DNA from: Lytechinus pictus
Lineage: Eukaryota
Assembly (NCBI RefSeq): GCF_037042905.1
Contig: NC_087252.1
Coordinates: forward strand, 5,210,001 to 5,274,000
Length of the DNA stretch: 64,000 bases
Reading direction: 5' to 3'
The notes below the pieces were generated by a model that had not been told where the DNA came from, did not search any database, and worked only from the letters and a program-made list of their open reading frames with translations. Positions 12,991-25,216 of this stretch are shown piece after piece. The position numbers were made by a program, and so were the translations under genes. Position 1 is the stretch's first letter. Each line of letters begins with the position of its first letter.

Positions 12991-13487
12991 TAGTCCAGGA
13001 TAGAAGAGGCATAACCTTGTTTTTTTATATATACAATATTTTTTTATGGTTTCTTGTCAATTCGAGGGTGCTGATTACGAATCTGAATGATGCCACTTGT
13101 GTAACCTTGAGCATTTTCCGCAAATTGGCAAAATCCAATATGGCCGCCAAAATATGCAAATTACCTATGAAAATCATAAAATTGTCTGCACATTGGCTAT
13201 GAAATGCATGAAATTGTGTGGCAGGAGTGAAATAGTCTCTGAAAAAATATTTTTTGACAAAAATTTTAATTTCCTGATATTCAAAATGGCCGCCATAGAC
13301 CATTGTATACTCTTTTATGTACAATATGAATAGGGAAAACTAATTTTCACAAAAATGAGCAGTAAACTGCAAAATATCGCGATGTATGAACGAAGTAATA
13401 TATGCAAATCATCATTACTAACGAGATATATTATGTATTATGTCATATATGGGAACATTGCTGTATTGCTGTAAAATAGCCGCCAGT

Positions 13488-13780
13488 TTTCGTTTTCGGA
13501 TTAACGAACCTTCGGAATTACGAACCGCATTTCGTTTTCGGACTAACGAACCTTCGGAATTACGAACCGCATTTCGTTTTCGGACTAACGAACCTTCGGA
13601 ATTACGAACCTCATTTCGTTTTCGGACTAACGAACCTTCGGAAATACGAACCTCATTTCGTTTTCGGACTAATGAACCTTCGGAAATACGAACCTTCGGA
13701 AATACGAACCTTCGGAATAACCGAACCTTCGGAATAACCGAACCTCCGGAATAACGAAGCTTCGGAATTACGAATGTATG
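13488..13780 (+). repeat. Tandem repeat of 16/42-bp units (TTCGGAATTACGAACC / TTTCGTTTTCGGACTAACGAACC)
   Basis: Directly visible. A longer paralogous array lies at 37995-38435. Confidence 0.9.
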
Positions 13781-13789
13781 CGCATATGT

Positions 13790-14465
13790 ATATTATATTA
13801 TTACACTTGGATTTAAATGAGGAGATTTTTCCAAATGCGTGTAATTATATGGAATTATATATCCTAAATGAATATAAATCATTAATAATAATTCCCTACA
13901 ATAAACGTGCTTTATTTTGTACGGTTTTGTAAGGTTTTTTTTCTGATTCACTATAACGCACAATTATGTTATACTTTCTCATGCTGACCCTGTTCTAGCG
14001 AGGAATTCCATTCAATGTTTGCGTCATAGCTCGTTGTCAGCTGGCAGGGTGCAAGGTTACGTGGTTTTCCCCAGACCATTCAGGTATCTATATTTAGGCT
14101 GTCGGCGTCTGATGTCCTTGTGTTGCAGCTGTACATGCACCACTGAATACAGTCTTATTATGATATCTTTTTGGCATATCATATTTGTGTGACCTACATT
14201 ATTGTGTTGTATTGTAACGTGCATATTTTGTGGGAAATTTCATATGCTTTAATATTGCCCCATAGCGTACATCTTAATTATGGTGTTGACCAGCATGCTA
14301 GACACATAATAATAGCCGGGCAGAATATTGTGAATGTTAAATGTTAATTCTGATGACATTGAGATTATGTGTAAAATTATGAGAATCAAATTATTGCTGA
14401 AAAACATCAGAAAAAAATATAAAACTCCAAGTCAATAGAAAAATTACACAACAAATTAATTAGCA
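13790..14465 (+). pseudogene. Plus-strand module copy 2 (internally deleted)
   Basis: Near-identical to 38445-39460 but lacks ~38940-39255 at the junction near 14281. Confidence 0.5.
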
Positions 14466-15093
14466 CAAGGGTGGCGAAGCGAAGTTGAAAGTGCGGGGGG
14501 GGGGGGGGTCATAGGAAAAAAGGGCACCTTTTCTTTCGAAAAGGGCACTTAAGACAAAGAAAAATGAGCCAAAAAAAATTGAGGGGGCTAGATATGCCGT
14601 GTCACGAAAATTCAAAACAAGGTGCAAGCGAGCGACGAGAGCGAGCAAAAATGTTGACATTTTTATGACGAAACTCTTTTCTTGAGAGGCACTTTTCTTG
14701 GGTAAAAAGGGGCATTGATACAAGAAACAGCACTTAGAAGAAGGCAAGGGGCACTTACACAATAAAACGGGTCCTTGTCAGGTAAAGGGGGCACTTTTTT
14801 GGGTTAAAATGGGCACTGATTCGAAAAAAGGCACTAACAAGGGGGGGGGCGGCAATTGTCCACACATAAAACCGGCCCTTCTCATGTGAGAGGGGCACAG
14901 AACACGCTCATGAGGGGGCATTTTTTGTAAAACAAAATGGCACTTATACGAGAAAGGGCATAAGGTAACACATAGAACAGGTCCTCCTCAGGTGAAAGGG
15001 GGACAGTACACGTTGGTGAGGAGCATTTTTTCTTGCTCAGCTTCAAAAAAGGGGTAGGGGCACTGTGCCCCCAGCCTCCCAAGATCGCCCATG
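14466..15093. mobile_element. hAT-like MITE with 8 bp TSD
   Basis: TSD AATTAGCA at 14458-14465 and 15094-15101. CA...TG termini with internal AAGGGCAC repeats. Confidence 0.7.
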
Positions 15094-15296
15094 AATTAGC
15101 ATACTGAAAAAAAGAGAATCTGAAGAATTAATTATTTAGCCCTAAAGATTGTTATGTCAGATACGCTCAGTAAATACGCTCCAAATCAGTAAATACATTT
15201 TTTTTGCACTTAAATAATCCATGGCAAAAAGAAGCTGCTGAAAACTGCTTATCTAATAAAAGAGAGCCAATGGAGTAAATTATAAAGTCAAAAAGG

Positions 15297-15337
15297 GGCC
15301 TAAGCTTTCGATCCTAGCAGAATCTTCGTCGGAGGCA
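15297..15337 (-). ncRNA. Minimal hammerhead-ribozyme-like motif in Penelope pLTR (second copy ~19162-19201)
   Basis: Minus strand reads GCCT-CCGACGA-AGATTCTGCTAGGATC-GAAA-GCTT-AGGC. This gives stem I, a variant core, stem II, GAAA and palindromic AAGCTT. Confidence 0.6.
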
Positions 15338-16508
15338 AAATGACAAACATATAAAGTGGAACAACCATAATATAGACCACAAACAAGCTACAGCAACACT
15401 AGAAACAAGGAGACAAAAGGGGCATTAGTGAGTAGAGAAGACCAATCAGGTTAGTGAAGGGGATGAAAGAAAAGGAGTAGGCAGACACAAAGGGAAGTTA
15501 GTGTAAGTAAGGCCAAGAGGGATTAAGATAATGAGGCAGGCAACATCAAACAGGATCTGGAACAAAACAGTGATAGAGGGATGAATAACTAGAGAATTAG
15601 TGAGAGGTGGGTCAAACAGGTTACAAAGAAAGGCTTAATAAACTGGTGCATAAGAGTGGGGGGAAAAAAGAAGAAAAAGAATGGGGAACAACTGATAATG
15701 TGCAAAAGACATATAAGTATATATGATAAAGCATTAAACAAACTAAGAGAAGAAGGTAAGTGTAAATATGTATCTATAAGTGATATGTATATAAATATAT
15801 CAAAAAAAGAAATGTATATGAAAAAATATATATAAATATATACACATATGGTGTAACTGATATGGTAATCCGCTAGGTGTGACGGGAAAAAACATAAGAC
15901 TATATAGTAGGAAAGAAAAAAAATCTGTATATGTGAAAAAGAGGAAGCAAATTGCCTAAAAAGGTAAAAGCAAATATAGAAGAGAGGGGGTGTATTATGA
16001 AGAAACCATAGTATACATGTAAATAAGCAAATGTGGTGAATCTAAAAGAGGTGAGTGGAGAAAAAACAAATATATATATATATATATATAATAATTATTA
16101 TATCGCCTGAATAAGGAAGGAAAAATTGGAGCTGAGCTTGTATGAGATATGGGAGGAAAGTAGAGTAAGAAACTATAATGTAACTATTCAAAAGAGCTGA
16201 GGGGAAAAATTATATGTATATATAAATTGAAAGTGGATAGGAAAGAAAAATCAGTCGTTCCCCTCTTGGATGTTCAGGCCATGAGGTTGGGTGGTGCGAA
16301 GTCGTCTCATCCAGAGCTTCTCCCTGCTAGTACGGACTGAGTCAGGACGGGTACCTAAAGATTCGATGCCCTGTAGCATCATGTCAGTGATGGAGTGGTT
16401 GGGGAGGTTAAAATGGCGGCCAACTGGAGTGTCCAGCTTTGCTGTGTTGACGGTGGATCTGTGCCCGTAGAATCGTTTCTTGAGTGTGGTCTTGGTTTCC
16501 CCTATGTA

Positions 16509-18260
16509 CAGTGCGTCCCAAAAAAAACTATACACTTTTGAAATTGCTGCCAAATGAAAAATATAGCACTTTGGGGAAAAACACCTATATGTATGGAAGT
16601 CAATTAAGTCAACTCTCAAATGACACCAAAAAGTTAGAAAACTATTCATGCTTGAGCGAGCACTGCCCACTGAAACAAAGGGTATGAAAATTAGGGTGGG
16701 CTGGAATTAGCCTTCCAATTTATGTCAGTTTTTGAGAGGCAAATCCTTTGCAACTTGCAAAGTTAAGGGCGTTGTGATAAATTAATGATCAACCGTGACC
16801 AGTTTTGGTTGTTTAAGCAAATTTCATAAATTATTAAATTGAACTGTAATGCATGAGTGAACACAAATTACACTTTTTGGGCAGCATTTCAACTTTATCA
16901 TTTGGATCACAGCAATGTGTTCATGGGTGAGATAGGACTTAAGTGGGAGAAGTAGGTTGATGGAATAAGGGTCAACAGAACATTCAGCTCCCGCCCCCTT
17001 CCTCTTTACGGCACTCCCCTCCTGTTGAGAAATTGATGGCTATTGTCATGTACGCGTGAAGTCCAGAGCAGAATGTTGATTTAATGATAAATTCTGAATT
17101 GGGGCATCAACTTTTTCATATCAATCATTTAATCAAAAATTTATCAGTAAACCAACTCATTCAATGTGTAATGTGATCAATCAAACATTCAGGTTTTTTT
17201 TTTCAATAAATTATTTCATTAATCATCATAATCAGTAAATTTCTTGGTAATCATTCAATGAAAAAAAAATTACCATCAGCCACTGGTCACTTGGCAGTTA
17301 AACTTTGAATAGGCTACAATCCAGGAAGTGAGACAGAGAGAGAGGGGGACTGGGAAATGGAGGTGGACGGTACATATGACTTTAAATTTGTAAAAGGACA
17401 AAAAGAAGAGGAATGCCCTTTTAACCAGGTCTTAGCATATCTCGCCCTTTTGCTTGTAACAGGTACCATCACATTACTCTGACTCTCACGAACACACTTT
17501 TGAGGTCAACAAGATGAATATGCTACACTAAAATTACAATTCCTGTTCACTCATGCATTAAATTTTAATTTAGTAACTCATAAAATTTGCCTAAGAAACC
17601 AAAGTTATCTCATTCATTAATTTAGCTTAATACCCTTAGCTTTGCAAGTTCCAAAGGACTAACCACTAAAAAAAAAACGGTAAGGCTAATTCCTGCCCAG
17701 CCTAGTCGAGCTTAGTCTCTCAGGAGAGAAGTGGAGGGGGGGGGGGGGTAGAGATGGAGGGAGGGGTTGCTAAATGTTCTGTTGACCTTTATCCCATCAA
17801 CGTACTTCACCTACCTAAGTCATATTATCCCCTCATCTGACTCTTCTGACTCTCATGAACACATTGCTGAGATCCACATGATAAAGTCAAAATGCTGCAC
17901 TAAAAATTGCAATTCATGATCACTCATGCATTAAATTTCAATTTGATAACGCATTACATTTTCACAAACAACAAACTGATCACAACTGATCATTAATTCA
18001 CCAAATAACCCTCAACTTTGCAAGTACCAAACAAAAAGCCTGAAAGAAATTGGGAGGCTAATTCCAGCCCACCCTAATTTTCATACCCTTTGTTTCAGTG
18101 GGCAGTGCTCGCTCAAGCATAAATAGTTTTCCAAGTTTTTGGTGTCATTTAAAAGTTTACTTTATTGGCTTTCCATATATATAGGTCTCTTCCCCCAAAG
18201 TGATATATTTTTTATTTGGCAGCAATTTCAAAAGTGTATAGTTTTTTTTGGGACGCACTG
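16509..18260. mobile_element. Tc1/mariner-type non-autonomous element with long TIRs and TA TSD
   Basis: TA|CAGTGCGTCCCAAAAAAAACTATACAC...GGGACGCACTG|TA. TIRs exceed 200 bp. Removing the element restores VQYIGETK. Confidence 0.9.
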
Positions 18261-18545
18261 TATTGTACCCTACAAACTCTGCAAGTGATGAGATATACAA
18301 CATTAGTGGTAGTGCATGTGATGTTGCCCTTGATTTGGTGAGACAGGCTGGTAGAGTTGCTGGTGAAAGTATCGCCCTCGTGAAGGTGTATTTCACATAT
18401 GATGCACCTGTTGCTGGTGCATTTGAAGGTGCCATGCTGTATGGGAGAAGAATGGTTAGTGAGGGAGGGCACTTCAGCACGAACAATGAGGTCCCTGAGA
18501 TTCGGTGGGCGTCGGTATGCTAGAAGGGGAGTATCGGGAACGGCC

Positions 18546-19085
18546 TAAATAATCCATCGTTGAAATCTCAGGGAATCAAAATCTGCCTTTGTTAAGGGAA
18601 ACAGTCGATCTCAGTGAAGATACTTTTAGGTGATCTAAAAAATTAACCATTATACAATTAATATAAGCTATAATAAAACACTAGAAATAAAATTTTAATG
18701 CGAAACTCTCTAATATTTTAAAGGAATAAATACACTACTCATCAGTTCGCTCTGCAACGGTTATTTCAGTCGTATTGAGAATCCACCAAAGTCAATTTCG
18801 GAGAAAAAATTGAACTATTTAGGGAAAAATTAAACTGTCATTGACGATATTGGAGACCAAGAAGTAAACAAAATTACCAACAAAATCTTTGGAATTTGGA
18901 CTAGCATGACTCAAGTCAATGACTCGTATATTTGGAACAAGTTGATAACTTTGCATTAGATGAGAGTTGTCTCATCTTAAGAAATCCAACTGAAGTCGGT
19001 GGAAGGTTTGGTGGAAGACTTCTTATGATTGTGCCAAAATATTACGCTTGCAGCAATAAGTGCACAATCTTTTTCGTTAGCTGCC
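18546..19085 (-). pseudogene. Decayed LRR-like exons of paralog B
   Basis: Frameshifted peptides KDCALI.., IRSLPPNLPPT, LVPNIRVIDLSH and PLTKADFDSLR resemble LRR-NT and LRR units. Candidate acceptor TTTTTTAG near 18635. Confidence 0.45.
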
Positions 19086-19146
19086 TTTTATATACATTTT
19101 AAATGCGATTTTTAATAATGATCCTTTGTTTGCATAAAATAATTAG

Positions 19147-19685
19147 AAAGTCAAAAAGGGGGCCTAAGCTTTCGATCCTAGCAGAATCTTCGTCGGAGGC
19201 AAAATGACAAACATATAAAGTGGAACAACCATAATATAGACCACAAACAAGCTACAGCAACACTAGAAACAAGGAGACAAAAGGGGCATTAGTGAGTAGA
19301 GAAGACCAATCAGGTTAGTGAAGGGGATGAAAGAAAAGGAGTAGGCAGACACAAAGGGAAGTTAGTGTAAGTAAGGCCAGTAAAAGACCTCAAGCCAAGA
19401 GGGATTAAAATAATGAGGCAGGCAACATCAAACAGGATCTGGAACAAAACAGTGATAATGGGATGAAAAACAAGATAATTAGTGAGAGGTGGGTCAAACA
19501 GGTTACAAAGAAAGGCTTAATAAACTGGTGCATACGAGTGGGGGGAAAAAGAAAAAGAATGGGGAACAACTGATAATGTGCAAAAGACATATAAGTATAT
19601 ATGATAAAGCATTAAACAAACTAAGAGAAGAAGGTAAGTGTAAATATGTATCTATAAGTGATATGTATATAAATATATCCAAAAA
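19147..19685 (-). mobile_element. Second Penelope pLTR/3' end copy
   Basis: Near-identical direct repeat of 15284-15810 with small indels. Confidence 0.85.
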
Positions 19686-19709
19686 ATAATGTTAGAACAT
19701 AAATAAACA

Positions 19710-19748
<39 letters not shown>

Positions 19749-19933
19749 ACATAAATAAACTTGCGGAAACATCGAATAATTTGCATGCTTTGCAATATAC
19801 ATGTATATAAAATCCGTTTTACAGAATAGATTGCAGTCTTCAGCAAATATCATCTTTATAAAGCATAGTTCCTATACACTACATAAAACAATGTCAAAGT
19901 AGATTCTAGATTATCTATATAATAACATCTCAC

Positions 19934-19990
19934 TACTACAAATGACCATGAAAACAATGAAGATTAACCATTCTTTGTTGTTGAGAACAT
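19934..19990 (-). pseudogene. Frameshifted signal-peptide exon, paralog B
   Basis: ACCACCATGTTCTCA start. A 1-nt loss relative to paralog D gives an early TAA. The shifted frame retains LIFIVFMV. Donor is GTGAGA. Confidence 0.6.
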
Positions 19991-20198
19991 GGTGGTTGCA
20001 GCGGTGTTTATCATAACTGACATGAAACGAACTGTTCTTCACTATTGTATACGATGATTTGTGATTGATTAAACATTTTGATGACAAGAAGCAAATAACC
20101 ATTTGCTGTCAACCGTCTTCCTCGTTTCTTATAACAGGAAAACTGCAGTCTTGTTCCTTGTTAATCGGGCTTCTGCTCTAGATACACTTAGGCAAAAA

Positions 20199-20765
20199 TC
20201 CCGGGGGGGGGGGGCGCACTTACATTGACGAGTGAATACCATGCGCGACCCCCAAAACACGTAAAAAGGATGTATTTTTCAAGATAGGGCACGTTACGTA
20301 CGTAACGTGATAAGGGTGTCAAAAACACAAAGATATTGAAAAAAGGGTATCTATTTCGCTAGGAAAATTACGTGTTTAGGGGCAAATTTGCGGGGATGAT
20401 AAAACAAAATTAAAATGTTTTATAAAGGATGTCCTTTTTGCCCCAACGCTACGTGTTTAGAGTCCGATTTGCGTGAGGTGTAGAAGGTGGGGTCGTACTT
20501 AACCAAATGATGTGTATATAAAAGTTAAAACCAACGACCGAAGGACCCATGACATAACAATAAAACATTCCTGTACCTGTTTAGGGGTTCATTTCAAGGA
20601 ATATTTTTAAAGAGTATCGCTTTGTTTCCAATACTTGTTAAGAGTAGGGTTTCATACGCCAATACTAGTACTTGTTAAGGGGTGCATTTTCAGAATATGG
20701 AAATTACGTGTTTAGGGTGCTTTTCGAGACCCCATGGTCGCGCATGGTATCCACTCGTCAATGGA
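20199..20765. mobile_element. MITE inserted in the upstream region of paralog B (same family as 40188-40739)
   Basis: Inverted ends CATTGACGAGTG.ATACCATGCGCGACC / GGTCGCGCATGGTATCCACTCGTCAATG. Confidence 0.8.
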
Positions 20766-21462
20766 AAAAAATGTATCATGATATGTCAGTCCATTAGCAA
20801 GCTAGAATATGAAAGCACGCATTATTATCCAGAGCATCACGAGGCAATTTCAAACCTATAATTTTTTTTTCCGGAGATTAAAACACGTTCAGCCTTATTC
20901 ATGTTATTAACGGACAAGTTGCGGCATAGACAATGCTACATCCAATTGTCTTGGTTTTGGTTCCCGATAGAGCGAGCTCTCCTACAGCCACACAGACAGT
21001 CGGCTGAAATCGATTTCTTCCCCGCGCAAGAGCAAGGACCAACGTAGAGGTACATATAAAGACCTCAGTGGGTTTAGTCATTAGTATAATGGGTTTAATA
21101 AGTACTCTCATTCCATGTTTATGCGCACTTCGTACCCAACGTTGTTGACATTATCATAAATAGCAACTCCCTGATATTATGACGCATACATGCATAGTGG
21201 TATAGTGTGGGTAAAATCTACAAACATGACAAAGAACGACTAATTTATTTTTTTTTATAAACATTTATTGATTAAAGAAAATCATTCACGCATTATTGTC
21301 AAAGAAAAATAAAATATGGGACGAGTGGTGAATAATAATTTTTTTTCAGGAATTTGCAAAAGATAATCATAATTATTAACTGGGTGGTGATTAGGGGCCG
21401 CTGGACATGTAAATCACGCATAGGTCAGTTAAAGGTCATTAAAGGTCAAAATAAAATTGTAA

Positions 21463-21892
21463 AGCCCCCATCACACTTATTCCGAATCAAGCAGAATTGG
21501 CCTGAATGAAAGGACTATTGTTTGACCACCAGTTGGTCATTTAAATCTTCTTCGAACACCGTTCGAAAATAGCCCTCGAATGTTTTGAACATGACCAAAA
21601 CCTTCGGGACGGCTAAAAGAAATGACAAAAATATTTCAAATGCACTCAGAATGCAGTCAGAATATTTAGAATGCGCCTAGGATGTCCATGAATGTAGCAC
21701 GAACTATCAATCTGACTCCATTGCGGTTCATTTTGACTAGTGTATGATAATTCACCTGGTCAATTTATTGAATTTCAACTCCAGCTTGGTGAATTCATAA
21801 GTTCCTCCCAAATATTTCTAGATTTTTTTATTTTTTTTTATTTCCAGCTTCTGCTTGATTTCTGCTGATTCCGAATAAGGGTGATGTGGGCT
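21463..21892. mobile_element. PIF/Harbinger-like MITE
   Basis: TAA|AGCCCCCATCACACTTATTC...GAATAAGGGTGATGTGGGCT|TAA. Confidence 0.75.
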
Positions 21893-22639
21893 TAAGTAAT
21901 ACATAAATGTGGAACATATCATGTTTTAAATACAAACAAGTTGGATATCATGTGAAAATATTCCTTTTAAATAGTTAGCAGAATAAACATATAATGTTTG
22001 ATATCGAATTCATTTAAATTCAAAATAAAATCCACATATATGAATCACTAGGCATTTAATAAAAATCCAAGTCAATTGAAGGTAATTTTAAGGTTATAAA
22101 AGGTCAAACTGGGTCACAAATGTAATTAATGCAACATATGATGTAGAATATATCATGTTTGGTTGAGGGTGTACATATTAAGGATGTGTCAGGTTCTACA
22201 TCCTCACCCTTTGGCAATTTCTTTTTTCTGACGTCATGAAAAACGTCCACAAAGACCCATAAGTAATTATGACAGAATTTGACACTTTATAGAATAAACC
22301 TTTCGTGTTTGGTAACTAATTTACGCTTGTGGCAAGTAAAGTGCAAAAATAAAAGTTACAAGAGATTGAATACATGACAAGATAACCTAAAGTACAGTAG
22401 GTCAAATGATGTCAGGCAATGTAACAAGACTTTAATAAAAACATGTAACATAATTTTGGCATCATTTCAACCCTTTTCCTACATGAAATTAAAACTAAAT
22501 TTGTTTTTCTGTAAAAACATATTTACTATAATCAAGAATAGCGCGATACGCAGTAAATAATGTATTACACACAATTTCCGGTTTAAGACCAATCATGTTG
22601 GAGCTACCTAAAATAAAATGACTTCTACAACACAAAAGA

Positions 22640-24160
22640 CAAGTATCCAATTAGACAAACTTGACATTTAACATCATCCTAACTCCACTGCATTTTGTTC
22701 TCTCATTCAACTTCCAGACTGATTTCCCCCTCTTCAGTCTCAACTGCATGTTCAGTTTTCCTTGTATTTAGAATAACACAATGTTATTTACATACGATAC
22801 ACGATAAATGGCAAATGCTTATACCCTAGAGCAATGTGGCCCCGATTTAAATCCACACGGAACAAGTTCTGATAATTATTCCTTGGGAGTAAGAGACGTG
22901 CTATTAACATGTACAGGAGTGTCCTCCTAACTTATACTTCCCATCCATACATGGGAGGCAAGTTGCAGGGGAGTCATTCTGATCAGTTGCTCTCCAGATC
23001 AAGCTCCTTAGGAAGACCACCTTTGATAATTATGCTCTTTTGTTGACTTGTCAGTTGGGGGTAGGCTCATGGTCTTTTAAGCATTTGTATCCTTGCTAAA
23101 TAATCATGATAATGTGAAGTAGTAATGAGTAATTTTAGAGAGACCATTACATTTGTTGTATTAGTTAAGAAAGACGACGGGAATAAATGTTACACCTTTA
23201 TTTGATCCAGTCCACTTCTTCAGCATCGGACTCTATTAGATTAAGATCTAATTCGAGCAGCAAGTTTAGAGTGGAAAACTTTCCCTTGCCACCTTGACAC
23301 AACATTGTATCACAGCCTGAAAGGGAATTATCTGTGCAAAGTTAGCATTTTCACCAAACTCCAATTTCAGACATTTAATGTCCATACTTCCATCAGTTTG
23401 CAAAAGACTTGTAAACCCAAAATGAGAACACTGGTAGAACAGAAATGTTAGTGTCGTCAGGGAAAAATTATACATGCAACTACTGTCATTACATCATCAG
23501 AAGCTAGCTGATAGTACATGGAACAGGGCATCGGGCCTACCCGTACTTGTTCTTGACACATTGGTTGTTCCTAAGGAATTTAAATAACTTCCTTGTCAAT
23601 ACAAGTCAGCGTCACCTTGTTCTATAACTTTATGGATGATTGCAGTTGCTGGTCGGCCGTCGAATCATATATTTCATAGTTCATATACTCCAAGTGTAAA
23701 TCGAAGTAACACAGTTCTGGCAGAGGCATGTGAGATTGTTGGTGAAGAGGGATCCTATGAGTATCCGGTCGAAGAGGTATGGTACAGCGGGTAGTTGTAA
23801 GAGGAATATAACAGGACATGGTGTAAAATGTTAATCTGGTATAGATTATTTGGAATCCCATGAAATGATTTGATACAAAATGATAAATCAAACGTAAGTC
23901 CTGTGAAACTCGAGCGATCATCAACCTTTCATGCGTGTAAATGACCTAAAGATTACCTATGCATGAGCTTCACTACAAGCTTTTCCATAAATAATGAAAT
24001 TCTCCTTGCTCAGGTTGACAATTTCTTTTTTACTTGTCAAAGAATATTCAATGCTAAACGATAACATGATGAACCAAGGTGGTTTAGTTGTGAACCACGA
24101 GTCTCGCCTGATTTTGCGATAATTGAAATAATTATGCATATAATCGTTTGGCACCTAGAT
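22640..24160 (-). pseudogene. Unidentified decayed coding-like block X, copy 1
   Basis: Paralogous to 39480-41440. Protein-like stretches (LELDLNLIESDAEEVDWIK, KDHEPTP, LPCNLPPMYGWE, RRTLLYMLIARLLLP) are broken by stops. The true frame is uncertain. Confidence 0.35.
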
Positions 24161-25069
24161 AACATTTGATCACATCATCTTCATGAATACACATGTAGTA
24201 TTTACCTAGGCTCATATTTAACAAGTATGAACATAATCGATGCAGAAAAGAAGATGGACAGTCAACCTGCCCGAAACGTCGAGTCTCTCTACTGCTTCTA
24301 CTCAGCATCTCTACTCGCCGACTCAAGCCAGCATCTCTTCATCCATCCTATTACTCAAGCTGTTTTCAACTCATCGATCTCTTCTGGTTTACAGTCCTTT
24401 TCACGACTAAATTCAAGAAAGATTACTCTCCTCTCAAATCTCCACTTTCTCGCCTATCCATTTCTTTTCTCCTTCTATATCCACTGTTTCTTTTACACTC
24501 CACATGGTGTACCGTAAACCACACCTGCGATTGTACATGCCACCATGCAAACCTTCAAACAACATCAAAGTTATGACAATTTAAATTTTCACTAATTTTT
24601 TTTTAGAAAACAGTTATATACATAACTAGGTGACATGCAAATGAGACAGTCGATGATGTCCATCACTCACTTTTTTAATTGTTTGAATTACGCATTTTTT
24701 AAAATTTGTACAGATTTGACAATAAGGACCAACTTGACTGAACCATAAAAAGTAAAAACAGTGGTAATACCACATGTTTAGGGAGGAATAAAACTTTTTT
24801 TCAAAGGACAACGGGAAGAAAATTGGAGTATTTCATATTTCATATAATACAATACAAAAGAAATAGTGAGTGGGTGACTTCATCAGGCCCCTCATTTGCA
24901 TACAGACCAGAATGTGTATATAACTATTTTGTGAAATTAAGCGAAACTTTGAAATATCAGACTTTCTTATTTTAGATCCGATTGTGATGGAATTTTCATT
25001 GTTATGCTTGTTGGATTTTTCTCTGTTTATTCAAATCAACATTTTGTTTGGGTGGACTTGTCCTTTGAG

Positions 25070-25216
25070 GAGCACGTACAATATACCAGTTGTGGTGATC
25101 GAGCCTTCTATGTTTATGCTCCAATCCAGTGGGATAAATTACCAACTTACATCAATATTGCCAACTCCCTTGATCAATTCAAGACCTTGCTAAGGACCCA
25201 TCTTTTTAATGTTTAG
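25070..25216 (+). pseudogene. L2-type LINE ORF2 C-terminal remnant
   Basis: GDRAF.V.AP..WDKLP..I..ANSLDQFKTLLRTHLF. Confidence 0.7.

Larger units (their letters stand above)
15284..18545 (-). mobile_element. 5'-truncated Penelope-like retroelement (Neptune-type): GIY-YIG endonuclease C-terminus plus 3' pLTR, split by a MITE
   Basis: Rejoined frame PLLAYRRPPNLRDLIVR..CTSNRCIIC..NVVYLITCRVCRVQ|YIGETK..RFYGH..PVGRHF..REKLW..L.T.QPHGLN ends at 16251. The 3' region 15284-15810 is repeated at 19147-19685. Confidence 0.9.

Noticed and set aside
13488..13780. CRISPR-like array or repetitive protein ORF (13440-13754; also 37995-38435)
   Set aside because: Units are contiguous tandem repeats with no unique spacers and no cas genes, in a eukaryotic context. 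The ORF is a by-product of the 42-bp period.
23400..23960. UGA-recoding system linking the UCA tRNA to TGA-interrupted frames in block X or at 58.6-58.8 kb
   Set aside because: The frames also contain TAA/TAG stops and frameshifts, and most TGA positions differ between the two X copies. Ordinary decay explains them.
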